Source: Calcarisporiella thermophila CBS 279.70
Lineage: Eukaryota > Fungi > Calcarisporiellomycota
Length of the DNA: 64,000 nt
Direction of reading: 5' to 3'
NCBI RefSeq assembly: GCF_041956535.1
Contig: NW_027192191.1
Location: 738,152 to 802,151, forward strand
Shown: positions 50,204-62,975 of the stretch, one piece after another
Layout: every line of letters begins with the position of its first letter
Position numbering within the stretch: position 1 is the first letter of the stretch
Notes under the pieces: model-generated
What the model saw: the letters and a program-made list of their open reading frames with translations, nothing else
Database searches by the model: none
Told to the model about the DNA's origin: nothing
Made by a program: the position numbers and the translations under genes

Positions 50204-51910
50204 ATGGTCTCCAAGGGCGATCTAAGCGTGTCCAACATGCCGGAGACTGCTATGGTGTACGCGTTTTGCATCACTTTCTCGCCGGTGGTTAGCATCCCCG
50301 AGATAAATCCCGAGGTAAACCTCACATGGCTAAGCTAAAGAATGCCCCTCCAAAATGATCGCGGAGGGTTCCAAGATCCAGCTCGAGATGGAGTCGCTCA
50401 CCATGGCCTCTTTGCCTTGTTAGGATCTTGAGCAGGCGCTGGAGGATTCCGCCAAAAGCGAGCTGCTCGAATCGCTCCATTGCAGCTTCCTCTCATCGTG
50501 TCTTAACCGCAAGAAGCCAATCAGGTAAGCACGGCCGCTTTCTCTCTGCATTGGATGCTTCCCCACATGCCCCTCATGCTCTCCTCTCATTCCCATCCTA
50601 GCCGCGAGAATTGGCAAAAGGTACTGAAGGAGACGATCGAGAATAAATTGAAATCAAACGAGAGCGACATCGACAACTACATGAAAGAGGTGAGCGATTA
50701 CTACGATCTATCTCCAACCCAAAAGGTAAGCTTTTCTGGTCGGGTTTCGACGGCGCGGGCCGCCATCATCCCTCCTCTCACCTCTCCACTCGCCCATTCA
50801 GGTTGCCATTCTCAAGTCCCTGGTCGACTGGCAGCTCCAGGACTGCTCTCGGATCCGCGACTACATCGAACGCACCTTCAAGAGCGTGCGGAGGACCGAG
50901 AATCCCCTCATCATGAAACCCTACGGAACCGACACCAAAAAGAGGATCTACTGGCACTTTGGGGGTGGGTAGAGTGCTCGTCGGGCACGTGGGTTTGGTG
51001 GCCGGAGAGTTGTTCTAACCACACTATTTTTTTTTCTTCCAACCCTTGCAGCCGTCTCCACCCGCCTCTACCGAGAGACAAAAACCGCCGGGAAAAAGAC
51101 GACGAAGACGTGGGATGTCGTGACCACCACACTAGACGACCTGCGCGCCTTTTGCGATGAGCTCGGTGCTTCCTCGTCGCGGCCGGAAAAACAGCTGCTG
51201 CAGCGTATTCAAAACGAACTTATACCCATGGTGGAAAAAAGAATGGCGGTATGTCCACGGTTTTTGTGGGTGTTTTTTCCTCTAGCATCTCACTCACTCT
51301 CTGGGGGACGGGGGGGTCTTCCTTTTTTCTTCGCCTTTTGCAGGAGGAGGAGCGCCGTCAGCGGAATCTCCAGCGGCTTGCGCTCATTCATCGCAATTTC
51401 GAGCCCCCAGAAACGCGCCTACGGCAGCGCAAGCGTGTCAACTATAACCTTGACTCGCTGGAGAACGAGGTGTTCGAGGGCGCCATGGCGTCCTATGAGC
51501 AGCAGAGGCCGCCCGCAAGCATTGGGGAACGGTCGAGCCGGAGGCAGCGCAGGGAAGCGCCCGAGATGTTTGTGTACGAGCCATTGGAGCCGTCGGAGCT
51601 CCTCGAGGCTGAGAACGGGGAGAGCGACCACATCGAGGTGGACATCGTGGACGAAGGCCTCCTGGCCGGGCCTGAGCCGGGCGGTGAGGTGGAGGCGACT
51701 CCCGACAGCGTAGGGGGGGCGGAGGGGTGGGACGAGGGCGAGAGCGAGGAGAATGCATCGGGCTCTGCCTATGATCCACTGGAGGTCGAGGAGGAGGCCG
51801 AGGATGCCGAGGATGAAGAGTACTTGGATGGGGGAGGAGGAGGAGGAGGAGGGGGAGGGAGAGAATGGGCGCCCTCAAAAACGCTGGCGGACCGACGATG
51901 GTTAATATAA
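50204..51910 (+). CDS. DDT/WHIM1/WSD-domain chromatin-remodeller accessory protein (RSF1-like), multi-exon
   Basis: Spliced: ETAMVYAFCITFS..DLEQALE (DDT), YYDLSPTQKVAILKSLVDWQL (WHIM1), PYGTDTKKRIYWHF..RLYRE..WDVVTTTLDDL (WSD), acidic tail. Confidence 0.82.
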
Positions 51911-54877
51911 TGATAGAGAATGTTTATTTTAGTGCTAGGGATGGCCTCTTCATGTATAGTTGATTTTTTTAACCGAATTTTGGCTTTTTGTTCTTGGTTT
52001 GTTTTTGTCTCATCGCTTGCGCACGGACACTTTGCCATCCGCTTAGGATACGAAAGTCGGACTCTTTTTTTTTCATGTGTCTTTTTCCCTTCTCATTCTC
52101 TTCCTTGTACAATAAATGTAGTTTCATGCGGACAAGGTCCAGGGGAGGGGAAGAGGGAGGGGATCACACGGATACAATCCCGGCTAAGCCCACCCGAATC
52201 TTTTTTAAGGTAACCATGGCTGAATCCGACGATGCACCCGTCGGCCATCACCGGTGGGCCGGGGGGGGGGGGGCGATGAATTGCCCTCCCTCCTTCTTCT
52301 CTCTCTCCCCCCCTCCCTTCTATATAAGCACAAGTCTGCGTCCCATCCGAGTGCGTTGTTTGTGTATGGAATGGCTTGATTTTTGGGGTGTACTCACCAG
52401 TCCTACATTAAATCATCCAGCCGCCACCACGGCGGAGGAAGCAGTTGGTGAGATGGAATGAATTTGTATTACTTCTCCCCCCTCTCGCTAGAATAATGTA
52501 TAGAGCCCGAGCTCACACCGGTTTGCGCGCTGTTTTTTCATTGGCATTCTCCAGCGACGATGACACCTGCCTGCCACCGTTCCTTACGTAAGACGGCACT
52601 CATCCTATTCAGCGCTCTTCCCCCTTTCGTTAGTGCGACCCGGATTTCTTTTCATCTACAAGGAAGGGAAAAAAAAGAGTTGGGGATCGTCTGATACAAC
52701 CTAAGCCAACTCGCCAGGTTGGTTCCACGCCAAAGAGTTGTGCCTTGCACGTATATCAACTCAAAATGCGGGCGGACGATCCCTCTTGTACAGCCATGCT
52801 TGACAGCAAGAGGTACCACCTCCCGCGATCACCACCTCCCTCTTGTTGATGAGTCTCAAACCAACCCCAAAAGGCGTTTGCCAAGGCCCGTTGGTTTTCG
52901 AATTTCGACCATCGAGTTGCACATGGCGACGCTGCCTGTGGAGATATCCCCTCTAGTGGTGCCGCGACCAAAGCCCTCTCCAAGCGGTGCGCTTGCGAGG
53001 GACTTTGCGCGGTTCCAAAAGTCGCCGCCTGCGGCCTAGGACCTCGTTAGCCCTGGTGCGATACAAGTTTCTAGTTGGCCGCGGCCTGACGCTGCCGCAG
53101 CTCTTCTTCTCTCTCTTTTCACTGATGCGCGCGAGCTGCTGTGGATTGCCATCCGTTCCCCATAAGGACTGCCGGGGCCGACCACGAAAAGCCCAGATTT
53201 TGTTTTTAATTTAGCATTTCCTAACATGCCCAAGCCTGGTGATGAACGCACTCCTATCGCCATCGCTCGCGTTTCTGCCACTGGTGCTCCGGGGAAGGGG
53301 GCGGAATTTGATTGCGGATTAGCTAATGGGCTATTTTTACCCTCGCGTTAGGTTAGAGGAGGAAAAAGGAAAAAGCGGCCCCCCGTTTCGAGGAGCGGCC
53401 TCTCGCATCAGGCTCTCTGCTCCATTACTCACTTTTGAATTTAATTTCTGGACCGGTTGAGCGAGCCCGCATGCCTGCGAAAGCAAACTCAATCTCCCGC
53501 TATCTGCAAATCATCAGCCCGAGCCTCTCGCTCATAGCGCACTAGCCTCCCCGCCGGCCCCCCCTCTCTCCCCCATCTCCGTCAGTCCATCTGGGCGGGG
53601 CAAGCCAGCAAGCTCAGAGTTCATCTACTGAAGCTTCTTTTGCTTGACGTGATCACCGCGGGCGGGTTATGCATCCAAGCGCATGTGCAGCCGCGACCGT
53701 CGCGGCCGCAGCTCTCTCCGCAGCCCCCCCGGCGCCAAGCAAAGTGAGCCCAATGGAGCGAGATAAAAAAAGCCGGTCGCCATTGCGGCGTGATCTGTGC
53801 AATCGCGGCCCACTGGTGCCTGTCGCAGCGATAAGCGCCAGCCATGGGGGAAAACTGGGGACAGCGGAACGCGAGCATGGCACGGGGTGGTTACCAGGGA
53901 CGTCTGCTTGGAGGCACGGCTGTGCGCGGGTGTCTGGGCGAGGAGGGGGCCGGCGGGTTTCAGGCGGGAGGCAAGGCCGCCGCGCTGGAAATAGAGTTAA
54001 TCAGGCCCATGTGAGAGGCACAAGGCTCCTTGAGGCCGCAAACCCTACGGCCAGGCGAGCCAGGGATGCCCTGCGAGCTCCCTTGTGCCCGGTCACGGTG
54101 CCACAAGCGGCTGTCCTCCTCCCCCCTCCCCCCCCCCCTCCCGGCCGTGGCCAAGGAGAGGAGGCTGTGTGCTGTGCTTGTGCGCTCGGGCGGGGAAAGA
54201 AAATGGCAGCGAGGCTTTCAAGTGATTTGCAAGGAGATGGAGCACGAGCGAGGCACAAACCACGGGACGGATTGGTGAATTGATCCCGGCACGACCGAGT
54301 TGGCTCGCCCCTCGCCCCCCCCCCCTCCTCGCAGCAGTCCCAACCCAGCACCGCTGCTGCGCTAAACGAATCGGAGAATATAGCGCTTGCATGGATTGTC
54401 CTGCGCGTTACAAAGCTTTATTATGGTTTTGCCTGCCCGTTATGGTATCGAAAAAGTTTCTTTTCCTTTTTTTTCCTTGCTTTTTCTCTCTTCCTTTTGT
54501 CTTTCTCCTCCTCCTCCTCCCCCTCCTCCCCTGCCGGCAGCGCCCTTCTCACGCACCTCTCTGCTCCTCTTTTTCCCACCCGCGCTTTCCCGCTCATCCG
54601 CTTGCCCGCACCCGCCTCATCTCGTCTCTCCCCCATCTCCCCACATCGCGCTCTCTCGCCCCTAAGTCGCCCTCCCTCTCCATCCCACGACGCCAACTCT
54701 CGCCGTCTCATTGGTGACTGCCCGCCCTCGCCGCCTCTACTGCATCGGCATTCGGACTCTGTGTCAAGTCTTTCTAGGCCTCTGGACAACAAAGGTAGGC
54801 GCTATTGCCAACATTGCTGACTCGATTGCTGGAGATTCATCCCCTCCCCGCCGACCATCCCCTAGCGCTTGGCCGTG

Positions 54878-56862
54878 ATGAACAACCCTTCACATCCCCT
54901 TCAGCAGGGGGGGAATCTGCCAACCGGGAGCGAAATGAACGGAGAATTCATGCCGGCTTCATTTCCCGGCTACGACCACCCGCAGGGCCAAGCTCTCGGC
55001 GCATTTGCAAACCAGGACCAGGGGCGGCATGCGCTCGGCATCAAGAATGAGGATGTGATGCCGGCACGCGTCACCTATGGAAGGTAACGCCCAGAACGTG
55101 CCCGCTTGTTCCTTGCTGACCACTAACCAGACCTTCTCCTATCCTCAAGCTACGGCGTGCTCTCTCCCATGGTCCCCAACCGCCCGCCCCTCACGCCCAC
55201 CATCCCCTCCCCCGGCGTGCCGCTCCCGGATCAAGAGCGCCGCACCGCCTTCCAGCCCCCCGCCGCCTACCACCCCGGGCTCCCCTACACCCCGCAGCCG
55301 CCCATCCGGAGGAGGCGCACCGAGCCCACCCCCTACTCCGTGGAGGCGGGCCCCTTCTTCTGCCCCACCAAGCAGCTGTACAACCTCTACAGCATGGACC
55401 GCACAAATGGGTTGGTATTCCGATTCCGCGGAATCTCCCGCGCTCGATACTGACCCCCGTGTTCTCTCTTCTCTTTGCCCCTAGCTACAAGGTCAGGATA
55501 TTCTCCAAGGTCGACAAGGGGTTTTTCTTGGCCGACAACGACTGGACGTGCTACCGCCGGAACTACTTCCAGGTGAGCAACGCCTTCACCGTGCAGGGCA
55601 CAAACCACCCGCTGGTCGAGCCCGAGACCCCGTGCCTGATCGAGGTCGACGGGCAGTTCCACATCGTGACCCACTTCCTCCTCGGCATCAACGGGCGGGT
55701 CAGCAACTCGGAGAAGAAGGTGGAGCTCGTGCAGCACACGCCCAAGCGTGACAAGGGTCCCCAGACAACGCCCATGCCCCGGCCGATCCGCGCCGGCGGC
55801 AACCTCAACATGACCACCCTGTGCCCGCAGCAGAACATCGCCACGTTCGAGCGCATCCAGTTCAAGACCGCCACCGCCAACAACGGGAAGCGCCGTGCCG
55901 CCCAGCAGTACTACGTCCTCATCGTGGAGTTGCACGCCCTGTGCGACAACGGGCAGCAGTACCAGGTCGCCGTGTCGCAGTCGGCGCCCCTCGTCGTGCG
56001 CGGGCGCTCGCCCGGCCACTATGCCGACAGCCACGAGCGATACCAGCCGCTGACCCCGCAGGCAGCAGACGAGCGCTTCTACTCGCCCTACGGCCGCCCC
56101 GCCCCCATGGCCGCGCCCGGCGAGTACGGCGGCGGATACTACGCCAGCCCGTTTGGCCTGCCCCCCCACGGGATGATGGGCAGCCAGAGCGCCCCCACCT
56201 CGCCCATGCCGCCCGCCGGCAGCGGCCCCCACTCCTCGGTCTCCGGCCACTTCGTGGTGCCCACCCTGGGCGACGCCGCCGAGAGCGGCGTGTTCGGCCG
56301 CGGAAGCAGCGGCAGTGGCGTCGAGCTGGGCGCCTCGTCCGAGGCAAGTAGCACCGAGTCCCCCCTTGATCGCCTCGCCTCCTCCTCCTCCTCCTCGAAC
56401 CGATCCCTCCACCCCCCGCCGCCCTCGGGATCCGGTGATGCCGCGTCGGTGTCGGCTGGTCCGCCGCTTGCCCCTCATCACCAGCCGCACGGCGCCCCTC
56501 TCCGACACGACCCCTACCCGAGAAAGCTCGAGACGCTGGGTGGCCCCGGTGGCAGTGGCGCCGGCGGCGGCATGGACCACCCCTACGCCTACGGCCACCA
56601 GGGCGAGAGTGACTCGTGGCAAAGCTACCCGCGCTCCATCGAGCCCCCCCATCCCCAAATCCACCCGCCCCCCTCCTCCGCCCCCTACGGGCCATACCCG
56701 TCCTCACTCTCCGGTGGCGGCCTCGAGCCCCCCCCCCACCACCACCACCCCTACTACCGCCAGCCCTTGAATGGCCCCTACCACCATGCCCCGCAAACGG
56801 TCCCCCATCTCCCGCCACTCTCGGCCTCCTCCGCCAACGGCTCGGCTCCATCCCACTCGTAA
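54878..56862 (+). CDS. NDT80/PhoG-family (p53-like) transcription factor, 3 exons
   Basis: KVDKGFFLADNDWTCYRRNYFQV, LVQHTPKRDKGPQ, FERIQFKTATANNGKRRAAQQYY, PLVVRGRSPGHY. Confidence 0.95.
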
Positions 56863-59037
56863 TCCATCCGTAGGGGCTGGGAAAAAGAGACCTTTTCATG
56901 GCTGTAATTAATTCCAAGGGTGGCGTGGTTTCCTCCCCGGCCTCCCTTCCGTTTCTTTACCCCTCCACCCTCTCTGATTTTTATCTCCTCTCCGCTATTT
57001 CTCTTTTAATTTCTTATAGAATTATATCCTTTTACTATTTATTGATTGTCTCATGATAACCTACTGCCCCTCCCTCCCCCCCCCCCCCACCACCACTAAT
57101 GATAGAATTATTTATTGACTGTTGTTCGCAATAGCGGGGGCATTTTGCTTCCAGTTCACTGCTACTTTTTCTTTTGGTGTGCTTTATTTCTTTTCTTTTT
57201 TTTTTCCTCTTAATTCAAATGTACATTATTAGCTTCTGTTATGTTTAATAGGGAAAGAATAAAAAACGGAGGCCCGCTCTTGCAATTTCTGGAGGGACCG
57301 CGGTTGGCCTGAAAGTGGGAATGACGGGGTGAGCTGCTTGGATCCAAACCGGCCCAGAAGAACGCCCATCTTCATCTCCTTGAAAATTTACAGTTTGGGA
57401 AAGGGAGGGGGGAGGGGCGATTCCTAGGGAGAGACTTCCAACTCAGCTCCGTCTATTGGAGGGTGGAGAAAGAAAAATAAAAACCTCCCAAAAAACGTCA
57501 TCCTTGATTCTAGGTACAAGCTTTTTCGGTATCCAAAATGCATTAGGTAATTCCGACCCAGCTGCTTCCTCCCGTTTTCTCGCGCTTTTGATCCTGTCCA
57601 CGGGAAATTCTTCCAGCATGGTTTCTGAGCTCCCCTGCTGCAATATTCAGCACAGTAGAGGGAATCTGGAGACAGGGGGAGCTGGGAACATTTTTTTTTT
57701 CTCTGGATGAAATGAGGTCCCAATCGGATTGGAGGGCAGAGCTATACCGAAGCCGTAGCCCCCAGCAGCCTGTTGCTTTTTTATCTTTGGTGTCCCCTCA
57801 AGGCGGTCGCCACTTAGTCTTATTCGTATTAATAGGACAAATATAGGAATGGCCTCTTGCTGTGCTCCTCCGTTTGCTTTGCAAACACTACGCGGCTACT
57901 AGGCGAATATTAAGAAAGAAGGTTTGAGCTTGTGCGTGCTCCACTCCCAAAGTCAATCAGCTCCATCAACAAGAGGCGGTAAAAGCAGCGGGTCGGCGCC
58001 TCGGTATTCACTGGCCCAGCATGAACCTTCTTTTCGCAGAGCTTGTAAGCAGGAATAGAGTGGGATTTTCGCTCGACTTCTCGATATAGTATATCTTGAT
58101 AACAAGCGTGGGTTTTCCGGATTGCGCCTGGACCTCACCCTTGGTGATATTTTCTCACGTGGCGGACCGGTGTCCCTCTCATACTGATTCAACTCATGCG
58201 AATGAGGATAGGTGAGGATAGATGAGGATAGAATTGGTAGGCAAATGTGGTTGCTTTAGCAAGGACGTAAGGCACTCTGGAGGAAAATAAAAGCTGCCTT
58301 GGACTCCTGCAGCTCGACTGCCTCTACTAGGCTATGAGAAGTGCATCGATTTCTCAATCGTGCTTAGAATAGCTTTGTAGCAGCAGTGGACCAGATTGCT
58401 TTGATGGGAGGCAAAAATTGCTTCCAACATCAAATGACCCAAGCCTAAGCAAGCGCTATTGAAAGCATTCTCTGTGTATATTAGATCGACTCAGCATCAC
58501 AGGATAAATGCCCTTTCCTTGGGTAACCATGCGGTATGACGACAACATGATACTCCATCTCCCTTGCTGAGCGCTAAAGCGGGTTAGATTACGGGGTAGA
58601 TCTTTTTGCCCCCCTTTGCTCCCTTGTTAACCTCCAAAGCGCTTAGAGCAAAGGTGAGTGAGGTCAGGCGAAGAATGCTTTTTCGGTGGCCAGAATAAGG
58701 TACAAGCAGTCCCGGTGGGGGGAATCAATTTTCTGTTCATTGCATTTGATCTCCGACACCTGTCAGACGGGAGTGTGTTTTGTACAGCAACCCGGAATTA
58801 TCAAAATTGGGAGGCACGAATTGATTCCTGGTTACCACGGAACTCTTGGGTCCGGAATGAATCTTTCGGTTTTCCTTTGTTTATCCGAGGGGAAGCAAGA
58901 TGACAAACGGAGTGGAGATGGTGGAGAATTTATGTGAGCATTCCCGTGATAGATTTGAACCATGGTAGATGGGTCGCCACACTGCTCGTGCCTTCATATC
59001 TACACGTGGGATATTTCTGAGATTTTATTTTTAAACC

Positions 59038-59419
59038 AAACACAAAGAAATATAACATCGCAAGTTCTCAAAACTGAGCCGTTTACAGGCCCGAGTCGTT
59101 GTACACCAAATCATAGCCAGGGAGGGCATCTTTGGTGGCAATTTGCTTCAGGTAGGCGAGCATCGAAGCGGGATCGCGCTGTTTAAGGGCCAAGAAATAG
59201 GCGATGAGACCAGCACCGTGTGCAGCGGATGGCGTCGTTCCGGAGATAGTGTTGTTCTTGTTGCCGGGCCAGGTGGAGGGGACACTGACTCCGGGGGCGA
59301 AGAGGGTGACGCACTTGCCATAATTGCTAAATGATGCCTTCTTATCATTGGCATCGGTGGCACCAATGCAGATGGCTTTTGCCGCACGGCAAGGGGAGTA
59401 TTTGCATCCGTCACTGTTA
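59038..59419. repeat. About 380-bp direct repeat, identical by eye to 62931-63312
   Basis: Both ends align at a constant offset of 3893 bp. Covers the last subtilisin exon and part of the 3' UTR. Confidence 0.9.
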
Positions 59420-60207
59420 TCTCCTCCAGCGACAACCGCAAAGGGTAACCCGGATTCAACCGCCTTTGGTTTTGGAATTGCAAGTCAATATCATAAAGTT
59501 GAAATGCGTCTAGAGGCTCAAACCTTATTGATGGCTTCATCCATTGCGTCGGAAGCAGACCCTCCAGCGGTTAAGGCCGCAACCGATTTGCCGTGATTGT
59601 GTTGTCTGGCGTGCTTGGCTGCCCAAGTGATACCGGCGATAACGTCGCTATTAGGTTCAAGTGGGTAAAGAGCGATAGAAGAGTATGCGAGTTGAAGGTT
59701 ACCTCAACCTTGCTGAGCCGTTCTTATCAAGGACCTTCACGGCAATCAGTTTGGTCTTTTTAGCTGGAGATATAAAGTACTGAGGATCCAGCGGAAACAA
59801 AGAAATTCTGACAAATCATAGCTCAAAGAAACTCACCCACTCCATAGGTCTTGCTCCCGATAATACCTGCTGTATAGGTGCCATGCCCTAATATCCATAG
59901 TTTGTATGTTTGACTTTAGTCCTAAGAAAATTTTCGACTCTGCAGACTTACCGTGAAAATCTGTATCTCCATCCTTGGCAAAGGTTGCACCCCAGCTTGC
60001 TCTTCCTTCAAACTCGGGGTGCTGTATATCTATTCCCGTGTCAATAACGTAGCTGGTGGTCCCTTCACCAGCTTTTGGATTGAATACATATCCACCCTTG
60101 ATGTCCGTTTTTTTGCGGTGTGAGATGCGCCCCAAGTTCCAAGGAGCATTGGTTTGGTTGACCTTCACATTGATGGATAGGATGCTGTCTGGCTCGATGT
60201 ATTTTAC
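59083..60207 (-). CDS. Proteinase K-like subtilisin (S8A) paralogue 1, catalytically degenerate; 5' end lost in assembly gap
   Basis: Spliced in frame: [65 protein letters not shown]. Confidence 0.9.
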
Positions 60208-60229
60208 CTAATTTGGAAGAACTTTTTAG

Positions 60230-60810
60230 NNNNNNNNNNNNNNNNNNNNNNNNNNNNNNNNNNNNNNNNNNNNNNNNNNNNNNNNNNNNNNNNNNNNNNN
60301 NNNNNNNNNNNNNNNNNNNNNNNNNNNNNNNNNNNNNNNNNNNNNNNNNNNNNNNNNNNNNNNNNNNNNNNNNNNNNNNNNNNNNNNNNNNNNNNNNNNN
60401 NNNNNNNNNNNNNNNNNNNNNNNNNNNNNNNNNNNNNNNNNNNNNNNNNNNNNNNNNNNNNNNNNNNNNNNNNNNNNNNNNNNNNNNNNNNNNNNNNNNN
60501 NNNNNNNNNNNNNNNNNNNNNNNNNNNNNNNNNNNNNNNNNNNNNNNNNNNNNNNNNNNNNNNNNNNNNNNNNNNNNNNNNNNNNNNNNNNNNNNNNNNN
60601 NNNNNNNNNNNNNNNNNNNNNNNNNNNNNNNNNNNNNNNNNNNNNNNNNNNNNNNNNNNNNNNNNNNNNNNNNNNNNNNNNNNNNNNNNNNNNNNNNNNN
60701 NNNNNNNNNNNNNNNNNNNNNNNNNNNNNNNNNNNNNNNNNNNNNNNNNNNNNNNNNNNNNNNNNNNNNNNNNNNNNNNNNNNNNNNNNNNNNNNNNNNN
60801 NNNNNNNNNN
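60230..60810. other. Assembly gap (run of N)
   Basis: 581 consecutive n bases. Confidence 1.
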
Positions 60811-61655
60811 NAGGCAGTCAGGGTTTCTATAAGTGGGTCTCGCATAAGGACAATAATCTTGGAAATTGCCTCAGAAAAAAGTGGCACAGGATTTTTCATT
60901 ACAAACAAGGAAAAATGTGTATCAATTTTTTGCATGAATAGAATAATATATAGGCAGCTTACTTAGTGTAAAAGTACAATTGTGAAATCATTCACAATTT
61001 GTATAATTACACTATATTTTGATCTACACACTATCCTGGCTGTACACGCTCCTTCCAAAAAACGGTGAAAGTTAAACCTGCTGCTCGGGAAAATATTAAT
61101 TTCACGAAAATAGTCAATTTTTATTATTATGGTTCCCACAAATATTTCTATAGTTCATATCTTTCTCTAGCTTTATAAAATAGCAGAAACTCTGCATATT
61201 CTCGTAGAGAGAATCAATCTACGCCTAAATATGCCCCCCTCCCCCCCCCCAAGTGTATTTGGCTCGGCCCAATACGCGCTTCCCTCTACTTTGAATAAAT
61301 TATACAATCTTAGCAACGCCTCTTCAATGGACTCTAAAAGATTTCAAATCTGATGGCTATTCCCAGATATTCTAAGTTTTCAATATTATGATCTTGGCCA
61401 TGATTGTGTTAAAAGCGATATCATGTTGGAAGACGATAATAACCTTGTTTATCCCATACCAATGGTCCGAAATATTATTCCTAGAGAGTTCCAGTAACTT
61501 TGAATTCTAGTTAGTCATTGGTTGATATGGTCAGTGTCTTTTCATTGTTCCTACCGAGGCAAATTTTCATATTTGCCATAATTTAGGGTCCTTCATAACC
61601 CCCAGGGTATTCTCGCACATCTCGTAAACTATTAGCACAAATCTTATCAAGTAGC

Positions 61656-62276
61656 ATGACAACGTTATTTAACAGTCCGCTTCTTTTATTTCTCTTCCTT
61701 ATCACTCCAGCATTTTGCTCTGAGTTGAATTCTATGAGATGTACAGACTCCCTCTCTCCTCAAGCGTGCACTACTAAATATCGCACATTTGTAAGCGATT
61801 GCTCTTATTTAGCCAGAATAGTCGAATGTACACATCCACCATCCACTTATACTTTGTATAAACGGTGCATGGATCCCAGCAGATCTTGCACCTGGGAAAC
61901 TCAACTGGACGCTACGGGTGGATGCATAAATGCGAAAGTGTGCCATCTGGCTCCCTATTCATCCTACAAACGAAATGCTATGCTCGTGCCGAATGGGCCA
62001 GAATGTTCTACTAAACCCGTAATCCCATCTGGAGATTGTCCTTATCCAGTTAAGGTCATTGAATGCGTAGGGCTTACTGCAATCACTAGCCCCTATTATA
62101 TAACACAACCCTGTGTAGATCCACCTCCGTGCTATACTGTGAGTTTCGATTATAATAAAAAAATGTCCAGCCCTGGATGGTGGGGTGAAGTGATATGCCC
62201 TCGAACTTCCGTCACAATAACATCTCGGCCTTGTGCAATTCCTATGGCTACTGCCCAAATACCCCGGCCAGCTTAA
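61656..62276 (+). CDS. Secreted cysteine-rich protein with two internal repeats
   Basis: Signal peptide (LLLFLFLITPAFC), 16 Cys in 206 aa, intronless, duplicated C-xTK-x6-DC-xY-x5-EC...CxDP..C unit. Confidence 0.85.
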   Translation: MTTLFNSPLLLFLFLITPAFCSELNSMRCTDSLSPQACTTKYRTFVSDCSYLARIVECTHPPSTYTLYKRCMDPSRSCTWETQLDATGGCINAKVCHLAPYSSYKRNAMLVPNGPECSTKPVIPSGDCPYPVKVIECVGLTAITSPYYITQPCVDPPPCYTVSFDYNKKMSSPGWWGEVICPRTSVTITSRPCAIPMATAQIPRPA

Positions 62277-62975
62277 CTGTTTTGATCATTATCCTCTTGT
62301 GACAATAGCAATTAGGTTGGATTGTAATTTCAGTATAATTCACCATGATTCAAAATATTTATTAGGCATTAACACTTTTGCCAAATACATCAGATAATAT
62401 GCTCACGGCTCACTTGGTGGTTAGTAGCTACTCCGCCGGAACTTGTGTCCCTGATATAAGTAGAGGCAGAAATATTATCGTAGTTGCTGTTAAATATAAG
62501 TGCTATCCCGAGCAAATTTAGTCTAGGTATCTATTAGGGTTTTGTAGACTAAAATGTAATAGCCCTAGATAAAATGATGGGTAAAACTGATCGATTTATA
62601 CTTCAACCTTGAGAATAATCTGGATTACGCACTAAAAAGCATTTTACTTTTCATAATCCCCTCCTCTTCACACCACACAAACCATGAACTGTGCATATTA
62701 TATAAATGAAAAATCCTTGAATTATATTAGATTTTGAAACAGCAATAAGGCTTTCTCCGAAACTAATGTCATGGCACAAAATCTAGATAGGATTTTGTGA
62801 ATCAACCCTCTTGAATAGTTAAAATATTGTATGTATTCCCTTGATGTATTTGAACCAAGGTACATGGATCGGCGTACTGCTTGTGCCTTCATATCTACAC
62901 ATTGGTGTTTTAGGGAATTATTTTCAAACTAAACACAAAGAAATATAACATCGCAAGTTCTCAAAACTGAGCCGT

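Noticed and set aside
45793-56917. Many long overlapping/antisense ORFs (e.g. 47506-48618, 55387-56664, 55919-56917, 53669-54283)
   Set aside because: Shadow ORFs caused by high GC and stop-codon scarcity, opposite or overlapping real genes; low-complexity translations with no motifs.
57900-58500. Possible retroelement relic and a triple TGAGGATAG repeat at about 58203-58231
   Set aside because: No RT, integrase or transposase motif and no terminal repeats. The short repeat is too small to interpret.
59148-59540. Apparent frameshifts in the subtilisin genes suggested by the ORF track
   Set aside because: Fully explained by GT-AG introns; the spliced frames are continuous.
60204-60941. ORFs 60204-60935 and 60213-60941
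   Set aside because: Artefacts of translating through the N gap.
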